A stretch of DNA of 64,000 nucleotides from Pseudovirgaria hyperparasitica (taxonomy: Eukaryota), in assembly GCA_010093815.1 (NCBI GenBank), contig ML996572.1. One strand, written 5' to 3'. The notes beneath the pieces are model-generated. The model was given only the letters and a program-made list of their open reading frames with translations. It did no database searches and was not told where the DNA came from. Below, in pieces: positions 24,222-36,639 of the stretch; within the stretch, counting starts at the first letter, position 1, and each line of letters starts with the position of its first letter. The translations under genes and the position numbers were made by a program.

Positions 24222-25882
24222 AGCATGCCTGGTCATAAAGTCTGTATCATGGGCGAGAAGGCTCGAGGGGAATATGCCATAAGATATGATGAGGCTTACC
24301 ACCAATATCTGCCTGATGTTTTCTGATTCAAGTCACGAAAGCTTCCAAAATTCACGTAATTCACATCTGCGTGTTTCTGTAATCAAGCATACCATCTTTC
24401 TCGGCTTACTTAATTCGCAGTTGAACAAAGATTATATGTGGGTGTATGGCGATATATATTGCTAATTACCCAGCGGCCAATGTGCTCACATTCGTCAACA
24501 TTGACGGATACTACGAATATCCCTTGTTTTGCCATTCCTTGGCTTAGTGATTTACGACATAAATACTAAGCCTCCGCTGAGTGCCAAATCCTAGCCGCCG
24601 CATACCGCTAGATGGCTCTAAAACTGATGCGTCTGTCTGATTACGCCATTCGTGCTAAGCCTTCTCATAGTGCAAGCCTTCTCTTGATGCAAGCCGTATG
24701 TCGTAGTGACATGTCCTCGATCTCGACACCCATTAAAGATGTAATATTAGGTGTGCGTGTGTCAAGGTTGTTTGTTTCATGCGATTCATTCACCTAGATT
24801 AGGCTAAGTCCTGGTCAGTCCTCTACGATATGCTAGGCTCCTTGGCACCGCCGACTGGTAAGATGTTTCGACCAATCACAATTTCGAAAGTAACTGCCTA
24901 GAGTCTCGGCATGCAGCGAGGCTACCTAATATAGTAGGGGACTCATGCTTTCCGTCGAAAATGACGCCGCGCGATGGATGAAGCCGTATCCTTGCATAAA
25001 CACCTCTTTTAGCAGCTTTACTATAGTGCGTTTCTTTGCAGGTCATGATGGCCGCTACTTGTCTGTCAAAGAAACCTTTCCGTCCAAGCCTCAATCAGGC
25101 GTTACGACCAAGCTGGCATTGCTTGGGCGCGCGCGATGGCATCGAATCATATTTACCATATATCCACACAACCTTTTCCAAGGAAGTATTCATGGCAGAG
25201 TCAGCTCACGGACTCCAGAGATCAATCAAGTCTTGTCAAGCCTGGACATATGTACTGTATAAATATACCTGATAACACTAGCGCGTTGGCTCCAGATGCC
25301 GCAAAGGCCCAGCATCCGCTGTACATGGTATGTGACTCTCCCTTTAGTCTGATAGTCCCTGCTGATTGATGCCCTGTGCTGCTCGGACCCATATTAATCT
25401 CGCATTGGATGATTGTGGGGACCTGTGCTCTACTAACCGATAAGTGGCCGTATCGTCGAAGCTTGGAGAAACACCGCAAGTCGGCTTCGAGGGGAGGGGG
25501 GATTCATGCCATGTCTCATAGTCTGGAACTCAGCAACTGAGGCAGTGTGTTCGAGTTCGAGAATTAAGACGTATATGATTGTCTTTGTTTGCGCCAATGC
25601 CATCTAGCATGAGTTGACGTGCAATTCATCCTTGGTTCGCTCGAGTCACCGGCCGCGAAAGAACGCATCAGGACTATTCTGCGTAACGCGAGCACTAGTG
25701 GAAGTAATTGAATGAAGGATAAGTTATTTGCATAGGCGAGTATCGTTCCCTACGTACTATCTGGCAAAATGAATGAAGAAACCTGCCATGATCAGCCGGA
25801 CTGAGCCAATATGACCAAGTAAACGAGCGTCGAAAAGTTGCAAGTGTGAAGTTCCACGGAAATCCCCTGACCGTCGCCCTGT

Positions 25883-28800
25883 TTAAATACCATGAGGATC
25901 TCCCGCATCTGTCGGCTCGCAAACACGCTCGATGCCCAGCGCCACGCACGTCTTCTTCTTCCATCCCCCGCTCTTGCTTGCACACTGTTGCCATAGGACA
26001 AAGAAGTCGTCTTCGCAGCCCTGAGACAAGTCGGTATCCCCATCGCAGTCCTTGATTCTGCTGGCGCGGAGCTGATACGCTTGCAGGGCCTGGTCGACCG
26101 GAACGGTCTTGTTCTCGTAGCCGTCATGCTCGTCCTTGGTGATGTGCTTGTCCCTGAGGAACCCGCAGAAGGATTTTGCCGAGGTGTTGAACTGCGATGC
26201 GGACCACGAGTCGGTGCCGGCTCTGCTGCAGTCGTAGTCGGAGAGGCAGATCTGTGACTTGGTACTGCATAAAGTGGTGGATGTAGGGCTGGATGATGAG
26301 GAAGAGCGAGACGGAGAGTAAGTGATTGAGGGCGTGGAGGTTGGGGAACTGGACACGGAGGAGGACGTCGAGTATATGGCGTCGCAACTCATGGCGTCCC
26401 AATCGTCCTCTGGCTCTGCTCGCTCTACTAGGTTTCCGTCATCAGTGATGGATTGCGTGCTGTTGAACGTCAAAATGTCCCTGTGATTGGTAGTCTTTCT
26501 GAACTCAAGACTTCGTCTCTCGGGATCATTCGCTGGGGGATCGAGATGACCTATTATATCACAGATCTGCTGCCGAATACTGTTATATCCTATGTTGACA
26601 GGCCTGTCCCACCATTCCGGGTTCTCAATTCTAGTCGCGAATTTTGGTGTGCCAAGAGGGAAAAGCTCGCGCGAGGTGCTGATCAGGCGGAACTTCAGCC
26701 TCGACGCTGACCACAAATCTGCACGAGATCCCGGGGATGGTGGTAAAGCCATCAAATATGCAGCGAGCCCTGCGATGAGTGGACTAGCAAAATTAGAGCC
26801 CGAGTAGCCACCGACAGTTTGCTCTTCACTAAACGGCGCCTCATCGAAGGCCCACGTTTCTCTGGTAGTAAGTTCCTCGCCTTGTGCGAAAATCCGGACC
26901 TGCGCTGGCGCGCCCACCGGCGAACCTGAATTGAATTCCGAAATTCGACCTTCAGGGTTTACCGAACCGACTATAAGAAAGTTATTGAACTCGCTCTCCA
27001 GTCTCTGTGGCAAAGTGGTTCTTAGATCTCTCTCAAGGGGACGTTCAGTGTCACCCGTATTCCCTGCGGCCATGACTAGCAAAATATCGCGTTGACTTAG
27101 CCCGCGCTGGACAGTATACCAAGTCTGATCCATCGCTGTATCCATTGTTCTCGCGTCTTTGGACTCGTCCAGACCGTAACGGTATGCAAAATTTACATTG
27201 AACACAGTCCTTCCAGATCGATAAGCTCGAAACCTGTCGAAATTGTTGAACGCATATCTAAATCCTTCGAGAATAGAAGCCGGACTCACGCCAAACGTAT
27301 CCCAGTGAGTACCAGCAGGCTCATTCAGCCACTCGCCATCACCAAACATCTTCCGGTGATAGCCTTGCAAGCTGATTCCAACAATGTTGGCTTTTGGCGC
27401 TACTCCCATGGTTCTTCCGGCCGCAACTGCCAATTGATTACTTCCAAGACTGACATAGCCTTTCCTGCCAGACGGAGATATTCCTGGACTCATGCGATCC
27501 ACCATGTCTTCGGGCGCAAGGTCTGCAGGGTTTATTCTCCATGAATCATCGAATTCCCCGGTTATCTCATGATATCCACCTTGTTCCCGTTCAAACCACT
27601 TTTCAGAGAAGTGGTTAGGCACCTGGTAAAAAATCCCAGCCTGTGCACGATTACCTAGTCTAAGCTCGTCACAGTTGGGAGTGATAGTAGGACCAAGTTG
27701 GTATATAGTTGCGTCTCCACCCAATTCCCTACGGAATGCGTACTTCCATTGGCTGTTTCGATCAATTGTGCTCAACATCTCGAGTTGCCGCAGCGTCTCA
27801 CCTGGGGCAAATCTCAGTATATGGTCATCAATTTGATCCCGGCGCTCCTTGGTCCTATTTGCTCCTGCTTTGGAATCTGGGACTCGAGCACCTGATTGTA
27901 TAACGTTTCTCAGATGCGGTATTTCAATCAACGATTGCACCAATGGGTGCTTCTTCGCTATAATTGCTTCATCATCCGATAGCGCGATTATGAAATGTTG
28001 CCAATCAAGAGACGGGCATTCGGTTTGATCAGATTTGCCTACCACAGTGTTCGGAAGGAGGGCAAGAAGGCTCTGGAATGCTACCAGTGAGGTTCCCTCG
28101 TGAGTGATTATCCAATGTCTTTTTCGGACGGGTTCGTCATTTGTCTTTGTCGAGGTTGAAACCGGTTCCGCGTTTAGAGTGGTGTATAATGGTATTGCAT
28201 CATCCCAATCGACCACTGCCAATGGACTTAGGGCACTTCCGATACTGATCAGTGTGATAGCAGTCGTGGCCTTGCCGCCACCTTGTGCAAAAACCGTCTT
28301 CAGTAGAGCTTTCGCGGACTCCGTTGCCTCAGTCGACAGGCCTTTGAAGCGCTTCAACAGGTGGCGGAGAGGACGGAGCTTGTTCGCGATTCCGCTAGCA
28401 CCTTCGTAGGCATTAGAGATCTTTGTGCCAAGTTGAGGGACCTTGGCTCCTAATTCATCCAGCATGCTCATCTCAAAGTCTGTTGAAAGCTGTCCTATGT
28501 CGCCAACGAGATCACTTGCAGCTTTGGTAGCATCATCTACGATACCCAAGAAGTCCGAAATCGATGACTCACTCAAACCAGAATCTAGTACCGCTTTCGC
28601 ACTCTCAGTCGCTTTGGTGATCTTACCACCAATGTCGCTTGAAGTCTTCGATAGTGATTTGAGAAATCCAAGTAGGTTGGATTTGGGTTTGTTGGACTTA
28701 GTGCCGGCACGAAGGCTGATAGATGGCCCTGAGCCAGTGGATGGTTTAATAACGCCGTCGCCCTCTATCGAATCTGGTATCTTGTATATAGAGTCGCCAA

Positions 28801-29994
28801 TCTTGACTTCGCCGCGACCTAGGCTGATAGTTCTCATGTTGTCATCCTTATCAAGATAATCGATGTCATACGGATCTGCTGGAAGCATAAAAGTCTCAAC
28901 CTGCAAGTCTGTCTCGATCTCCAAAGGCCGAGCAAGCATAGACCAGATGCTAGCGGGTGCGGCTGTAGGAGTGGGCCAAGCTGATACAACCCAGGACGGC
29001 ACTGGATACATAGATGGCGGACTCGTCACCTTCGGAGGATTCAAATCATTTCCAAAGCTGCTCACTGGCGAGTCTGACCTACTGACTGCGAGAGAAGGAT
29101 CTGTTCGCGTGGGATGTGGTTGCGACACGACTGATGACATCCCAGGAACCAATTCTGACGATATGGTTGTGATCTGGGAAGACTCGGTTGTCGATTTAGC
29201 CCCCGAGTTCGCAGATGCCGAATTTGCAGAGGAAGACCCAGGGACCGAAGAAGACTCAGGGATAAATGAAGATTCAGGGATTGAAGAATACCCAGAGATA
29301 AAAGAAGGTTCAGAAGCAGAGGACGGGCTGGTCGATGCCGTACGTGATGTCTGACCGTCGGACGAAGACGTGATGGTGGTTGAATATATGCCATTGCTCG
29401 ACGGCGAAGTCGTAGCTTGAGTTTCAGAGTCCTCTGTTGTAAGTAATATGCTAGAGGAAGCTGGAAGCGTGCTTCTTGAGCTTGCCGATGTGGTATTTGG
29501 CCAGAAAGACTTCAGTGAAAAAGTTCTGCCGGTAGCGATTGACTCGGGTGGACCTGACTCCAGAGTTAACCACGTTCACGATACACCAGGGAACTCCAAT
29601 GTGTTGAGAGCCGCTATAGTCATCTGTATGACATTGAGTCATAGCTGACCATAGGGCATTATGCTTCTGATAGTTGCTTGCTAGCGGGGAAATTGGTGTG
29701 TGCGATAGAGGATCTGGAATCAAAGAGAACTGAAGCTGTGTCGAGATAATCTGATATAGAGTGTGAAGGTTATGCAAACAGCTGTTACCTACCAGGCTGT
29801 GTGTTTGCAACTAGAGCTGAGACGGGTACTTCCCCTGAAGATGATAAGCTATCTTGGTTGAAATTCAATTCGGAGCTAGGCGCATCACTGAGACTGGGAA
29901 GGCCTTGAAATGCGTCAGCCCTGGTGTCCACGATAGCTAGGAATGTTAGAGCAGTATAAAGGAAGCTAGATATATGCATATTGCTAGAATTCAT
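25883..29994 (-). CDS. Large secreted multidomain subtilisin(S8)-like protein with degenerate catalytic triad; 5' exon structure uncertain
   Basis: Signal peptide MHISSFLYTALTFLAIVDTRA in ORF 29785-29994; S/T-rich frame open from ~29570 into the 1089-aa ORF. I9-like prodomain; S8 landmarks GVAPKANIV, VMAAGN, VGSV, IFAQG and SGSNFASPLIAGLAAYL. S/T linker and Cys-rich C-terminal module. Confidence 0.75.
29232..29320 (-). repeat. Degenerate 18-bp coding tandem repeat (about 5 units)
   Basis: Plus-strand units gaagacccagggaccgaa / gaagactcagggataaat / gaagattcagggattgaa / gaatacccagagataaaa; they encode SSIPES-like hexapeptides on the minus strand. Confidence 0.6.
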
Positions 29995-31122
29995 TCCATA
30001 GAGTGACCCTGAGAGAGAGCGAAGTATGCAATGAAAGCGGACGGGTGGAAAGAAGGTAAGAGAAGGTACCTATAATTTGCTTGCATCTAGCTTCATCTGG
30101 CTGAAGATATCCCTTGTCTGGCTTCGGCCTGTCGAACCTGAAACGTATACGCTTAAACTTGCTGGTAGCTCAAAGCAACTCCTGTTCAGACATGATGTAG
30201 CTAGGACCCTTATTGAATCTAGATGAAGTAAGTGCCAGGGGGAAGATATGGCCTTATTCATCACAGAGTACCTCGCCTTCTTACGCCACAGGTGCTCACA
30301 GAGACATCCTTTACATGACCCACAACAACGAGGCGTACATGGCCAGTGGGCTGACGAACCAGGTATCTGGGGGAGCGACCGCCTTCTTCTGTGACATGTC
30401 ACACGGTTGGAGGATCTCTCGGACGATTGGATTGGATGATACGCACTCAGCCAAGGCACAGTCCGCGACCATTTTTGCAGTAAAGTGATCTGAAGACGAA
30501 TACATCTGATGCTGTCGAGTTGATATACCCCTGTAACTCGGGCCGGCCTCTGCCGGCGTATCCATGTTCCGCAAAAGAGTGCTTAGGTAACCACGCACGG
30601 ACTTCCATCCAATCCATTAGGGCGATGCTGGCCTGTATGTTGAACACATCACAAAACTTCATGAAATCACTACCGCTATCTCCCTCCAACACTCTCATAT
30701 CATATGAATTAATGACTATCAACGCTTGATTTTTCCAGACCCTGGTATCACTTATCGTTCTTCACATCGCTGAGAGGGCTAAATGAACCATTTGTCTCTA
30801 CGTCGGACTGCAGGGAAATAAGGACGACAAAGTCCTTGCCTTCCTTCTTCTCGGTAACAGCTATTCACTAAACACCCATAAAGGCTCTTATTTCGCCAGC
30901 AAAGCTTCTAGCATATGTATCAGGCTTCGAGCGAATTAACATTTGAACGCATACAAGGCAGAGCACAAATAAGGAACCATGTACTTGCGGTCAGGTGCTA
31001 TCAAGAGAAGAACTCGCTTCAGCAGAACATCTCACCGCTGTAATGAAGTACTATTAGACATGAATAGACGCTTCCCAGGAAATCCACCAGAAGTGAAACG
31101 CCATGGCTTTCCTAATACAGCA

Positions 31123-31556
31123 TCATAGACTACCCAGTTTCAACTTTTTGCAGACGTCAAGGTAGCATCCATTCTTAGCACACTGCCACACTGATAATCA
31201 GATTTGCTCTCGGATCAAGTTTCAACTTTGCTTTGCCACGGCGACTTACCGTCGCTTCGTTAACACAAGCCTGCTCTACGCATTCACCGCATGGTTTCCC
31301 GGCACACTGATCCTGATATTCGTTAGGGCCAGATTGAATGAATGATGTAAAACCTGTAACTCACTTCCCTACAGCGTTGCACCGTTTTGTCGCACTTGGA
31401 GCAGGGATTGGTGAAGGTAGGAATCTCAGTAGGGTCTACGCCGAAGAAGGAGGTGATTCGTGCGGGAGGAGGTCCGAAGGTCATGGGTGGCGGCGGAGGC
31501 GGAACCGCAGTGGCCAGGGTAGAGATCAGGAAGATGAAAGTTAGAGTAAGCTGCAT
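31123..31556 (-). CDS. Small secreted cysteine-rich protein (104 aa, 10 Cys; exons 31556-31365, 31312-31250, 31182-31123)
   Basis: Signal peptide MQLTLTFIFLISTLATA and Pro-rich linker. Phase-0 introns GTGAGT..CTAAC..CAG and GTAAGT..CTGAT..CAG yield CSKCDKTVQRCREDQCAGKPCGECVEQACVNEATCAKNGCYLDVCKKLKLGSL*. Confidence 0.75.
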
Positions 31557-32149
31557 GTCGACTGTTGGACGAATGGCTGATGAGTATAAATGTTTGTTAT
31601 GGATCTCTCGAGGCTTTGGGGCAGATGCTGGATACACAATGATTTTGATCGAATGACGAGTTAACTGTATTGGATGTGAAACTGGACGGGATTTATGTTG
31701 TGATGAGCGTAGATCGAGGTGTGCGCATGAGTGGCGCCTGCTCATTGCGCAGATTGGGCGTTTCTTTCTGTCATGTTGGGAGAGAAGTAACGAACGGACG
31801 GAGATGAGCGCACGAAAACTTCCGTTCTAGAGTTTTATTTATTTGCTGCAACTTTGGCCTGATTGGGATGTCTCTTGATACTCAAAATGAATGTGTCGCT
31901 TTCAGCGCTGCCAAACCTCTCATCATTGCGCATATACTCCATCATTATACTTTTTTTGGAACGTAACGCTCCTTTCTAAACACACGAGCGAGGCGATATG
32001 TGTGCACAAGTCGTTATGTGAAACATTTTAAGATCTTTCATTCCAAAGTGCACTCAAAGCGCCATTTCTCAACTAATCGCAATGCTTCCTGGGGTCTGTC
32101 GTATGGGACCTATATTATAATTAGCACTCCTGGGCTGATGAAATGACGA

Positions 32150-33020
32150 GAACATACCATATTTCCAGCACTATCAACCGCAGCGAAAGTAAATGTTGTC
32201 TTCTCTTTGCGGTTACCTATCTGAACCTTTGCCTGCTTGAACCACCCGAGTCCCACGCCATAAAGCATGAGCGACCTACGATGATGCGCCATAAACGAAG
32301 CCTGACCCTTCCATTTCATATTGCTTGCCCATTACTGTTACTAGCGGTGTTGCATGCAAGATTGTAGTTACCTTGTTACAGCAGTACGCCAACGCCGTTC
32401 TCCAGAAGATAGGTGACTTGTGGCTGGGTACTAATACCATAATCGTTTGTCATAGCAAACGCGTGTTCAACCTCCATTGAATAGAAGGTGTATTTTTCAA
32501 CTTGATGAGGAATCTCTAACGCTTTCCATTCCAACGGTAAGTTGTGATATAAGAACGATTACGATGGCCCCCGGAATGTCCAGACTTTCCATCCTAATAC
32601 TCAAAGACGCCGTGCCAGCATACCCCGTAGGCAGCCTGGCATATAGCCCAGTCTGGAGTGTCGTAACATGCACGAGCAACCTTCATACATCTTGGCAGGT
32701 TGGCAGCCATGATATCACATTGAGTTTCGTTGAAGACAGGCTTGTCAAAACCCTTTGGAATAGTACACAATGTCTCCCAGTACCCAAAAGCATTATCAAG
32801 TACCGGTACCAAGCCGTTTCCAATCAAGGTTGACTTCAGATTAACCTGGGGACGCTTGGGGTAGAGATTGTTCTGGGAAACTATTCGTGCTCCTAGCGTA
32901 GGGAGATAATAACCGGCATAACTCTCCCCGGTGAGACGGAAGGACGCTTCCGAAAGATCAGGGCAGACTTGGGTTACGAAAACCTGCAGGGAATGATGCA
33001 TATCTTCCGCGGCTGTAAAC
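32150..33020 (-). pseudogene. Serine carboxypeptidase (family S10) pseudogene, 5'-truncated
   Basis: Nucleophile motif TGESYAG and INL..IGNG-like NLKSTLIGNG are retained. Stops at 32594 (TAG) and 32376 (TAA), and frameshifts. The catalytic Asp motif reads GNYNLACN and the His motif reads AGNMV. No N-terminal half found upstream. Confidence 0.85.
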
Positions 33021-33448
33021 TATGTCGCGGGCCAGGCATCCGTCATCATCATTACGACTGCTTCAGGAATGACTTCAAAAATATCTTGATGGTGCATATG
33101 CAACAGGCCGCTGCTTGTTGGGTGTAACCTGATGGCAAGCTCTTGGACAGTCTCGGCAGCCAATTGCGGGTCTTGTTATAGATTTGGAACACACGTTGAG
33201 CGACGAGCTTCGCGGGGAGATACCACTTCGTGGTCAATGTTCAATTCAATCGTTGAAGGAGGACCTGTTCATACCAATTGCGTGGGACACACACCACCCG
33301 TGGCAGGCAAGTCAACGCGCGTTGGTCGAAAGAATCAAGGAGTGAAGCGTAACCTGATCAAATATATAGATTGCTCTACCTAGATGCGGTGCTGTGTCAA
33401 CGCCCCAAAATGCCAAAATTATTAGGTACTGTTATACACTACCGTCAT

Positions 33449-34678
33449 TCAGTCATTCCACTCCTCATCCAGCGAATCTATAAGCCGATTTTCATCCTCC
33501 GAGTGCCCGCGCGGCCGACCGCCATTGAGGCTGACTCTGCTGTAGCCTCTCCTGCTGGGCATGAAGCGTGCACATGAAGATGTGAGTATGATGAACATGT
33601 CCTATGGAAAGGTTAGATCAAGACATGCGCGATGATGCTACGCGCGAGGACAAGGCTTGAGTAGGAAGAAGGGAAGAAGAAAGTGTCGAGAGAGGTATAC
33701 AGTGAGCCCATGAAGCAACTGGAGTATGCTTACGCGTATGAAGCTGCCAATACCAGCCCAGAGAGCGTAATTGGGGAGCTGGCGCCATCCGCGCTGGTGC
33801 ATGACGTTGCGTTGGTAGACGCAGCCTCCCACAACGTAGGCTGCTATAGCGATAAATAGGCTGCAAAGGGTCAATCATTATATAGAGCGATATTAGATTG
33901 AGAGGACGAACATAAGGCTGAATACGCCAGCTGGTCCGACCGTTTGGAACTCCTTTTCAATGCCAGCGCAAGCGGCAGAAGATCTTGCCTCGAAGAAGTA
34001 CGCGCATTCATCCTCACTGGCAGCGACGAACGAGATTGAGGCATCGGAATTGAGCGCATCGTTCTCGCAGAGCAGGGATATTATGGTCTGCTTCCTCCGC
34101 TTGCCATCCTTGGGCTTTTGCGGTGCATCGTCATCGTTGTCATCGACGTCGTCATCTCCTTTCAGCGCACGGTCGGCTAATAAGCCCTCTGCTTTTTTCG
34201 ATTTGCTCGAGACACACGGTGACCCATCGGTGTAGTTCAGAACGAGCTTCTTTCCCCTAAAGACTGGCTCGGCATTCTGCATACCCATACTGTACGTCTT
34301 CCCTCCCTTCTCGTAAAACGCGCTTATGTTTCTCCACATGTCCTTCTCCACGCCCACAACATTTTCCAGCTTTTCTACTACCGGTCCACAGAAGTTGATT
34401 GTGAAATTGTAGCCGATGTCGTACCCGTTGGAGGACCAACTGGTCGTGCGCTCATCTTTCGACTTCTTCTTTCCATCTTCAGGAGGTTTAACCCATATCG
34501 GATTCAGGTCGAAGAAGCGGTTGTGATTTGCCGATCGCGCTGTGCATGGTCTCACTGGCTTTGACTTTTTCGTATCGTCTGCTGCGCATGCGACATTAGG
34601 GAATAGGAAAGGCGTGAGAAGAATTGATGCTTGCAGTAAGCTTGCAGCGCATCCGGAAACCGAGACTGAGAAGTGCAT
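33449..34678 (-). CDS. Mannose-6-phosphate receptor-like vacuolar sorting receptor (Mrl1/Atg27 family)
   Basis: Signal peptide; MRH domain (FFDL, NFTINFCGPVV, LVLNYTDGSPC, ISLLC, DECAYFFEARSSAAC); TM helix; RGWRQLPNYALW; acidic tail EDENRLIDSLDEEWND*. Spliced. Confidence 0.88.
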
Positions 34679-36639
34679 GACCGTCGGTGAAAGCGCAACG
34701 CAAAAGGTACTTGAGATAGTATATTAGACGAGATATATATATCCCAGCGCAAAGCAACGAGACAGTGCTAGAAGAGATGTGATGTAATAGGAGTGAGACT
34801 GTTGTAGAACTTTCAGCAAGACCGCACGAACCCGCATGAATCCGTCATGCTCTAAACACCTGTCACTCTTGGCACGCGCATTACGCAAGCTGTAGTGAAC
34901 GTCTCCTACACACCTTAGTTAGAGCTACATAAAATCCTTCCACTTAGTGCTGATACTAATGTATCAAATTGTGGAAGTATTTCCCACTAGTGCTACTTTT
35001 GCTACTTTGCTAGATGCCTTGCGTCCGAAGCATCGACTTTACGAGGAAACATATAGCTTATAATAATAATAATCCATTAATTAAGTCATTTTTAAACTGT
35101 TGTTCATTCTTCTAGTACTACTATTCTCTACTTCATATGGCAGGAGAACCTATAACTAGTACTGCTTTAAAATACTATGTGAGGATGGATATTCGTTCGG
35201 GTTCGTTAAATAGACCACAATCTGACACACCGCGTTGTCTTCCCTAGACTACATTGGAAAACTCCGTCTTGGCTGTCATGGTATGATACAGTATACCGGA
35301 AATACTGATTATCTATGATTATTGGTACTAAGTCTTATAGCTATTTAAGTAGATGTCCTTGTAGGGTCTCTCGAGGTAACAGTCGCTAGATTGCCAAGTG
35401 GTGTTGAAAGTGATGCCAAGCTAGATCACTTAAGGATTCCTCTCCCTTATAAACGACAGAAGCTTACTTGGAGGGTAAGCACGACCATATGTGACCCGTG
35501 GACTGATTAGGGTTCTCACAGGAGAATAGGATGACGGTAACCGAATTCATGATCTGAGCCAAACCTACTCAACGCGTCAAGAGACCGCAGTTGGCGCCAT
35601 GCTCGTCATGGAGTACAGACACCGACAAGTATACAGCTAAGGTGGAGACGTTCTTGTCTGCAACTTGTCGATCATACAAGTCCTGCATACCATTTGAAGC
35701 ACGGGCTGAGAGACCGGAGATATGTGCAACGAGGCAGGATAGACAGGATAGATAGAACGTTCCCACATGCCACAAACTGTTGATATATATGTTCAGTTGC
35801 AGGGAAGAAGCAACAAAAAACGTCCCTTTAAGCCCTGTCATTGGTCGATATTCTTACACAGTGGCCTTCGGGTGCCCATCCAGTGGAAGTGGGGTGGGGT
35901 CATCGGGCTGGGCTGCATTACCTAGCAACACCACGACTCTCGCCCGCATCATGGGATTCCAGGGCTTGCGTGACCTTGCCATAGCACTCAATCCGCTAAT
36001 ATCTCTACACCTGTACACCTCTGCAGGCGCCGACATATCCTCAGACGTTCGTTGCGGCATCTTTCTCTTCTTACCTCTTCCTACTATATACCTATCATAT
36101 TGTCCCTACCTATTCTCCGGTTCCACGTCTCGTGCATCAACCTTGCCCCTGGCGCTTCGGTCGCCGGCTCTTCTTCCATCGCTACTGCACGACTGTCCAC
36201 TGCTATCTCGAGCGCATCTCCCTGAGCCTGCAAGGTCCTGCTCTACACAAGGCCTCCTATTCACTCGCCGAACTACATCGAATCGCTCTTGACCATCCGG
36301 CCATCTCAAACCTGTAGCTGCTTTCGATCCCGTGCCCTTCACTGTTGTTGTTTTTACCTCTAGCCCCCGCTGACGACATGCGAAAACAAACAAACCGCTA
36401 GAAACTCACCATCATTCACGCTTTCACAAGACCAGAGCTACGGGCGAACAAGAGAAGACGTAATATATTCAGGTCCTTGACATTGCGCGACTATCGCGCC
36501 GATACCGTACGACATCAATTTCCACAGCCTCGCTGTCCCGCAACCCTCTACCACTGCGATCCACGCGTTACCGGATACTCATCCGACTTGTACAGTTCAA
36601 GAGATTTTGCACTGTCGACTTTCCTCATAAAACTTCAAG

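Noticed and set aside
30070..30900. Protein-like interrupted minus-strand frames upstream of the subtilase-like gene
   Set aside because: No recognisable motif, start or consistent splice structure; mentioned only as part of the island.
34900..35560. AT/TpA-rich intergenic patch between the M6P receptor and grr1
   Set aside because: No repeat boundaries or transposase/RT residues visible; not called as a mobile element.
36378..36401. Short uORF MRKQTNR* upstream of grr1
   Set aside because: A single short uORF is expected by chance and the TSS is unknown.
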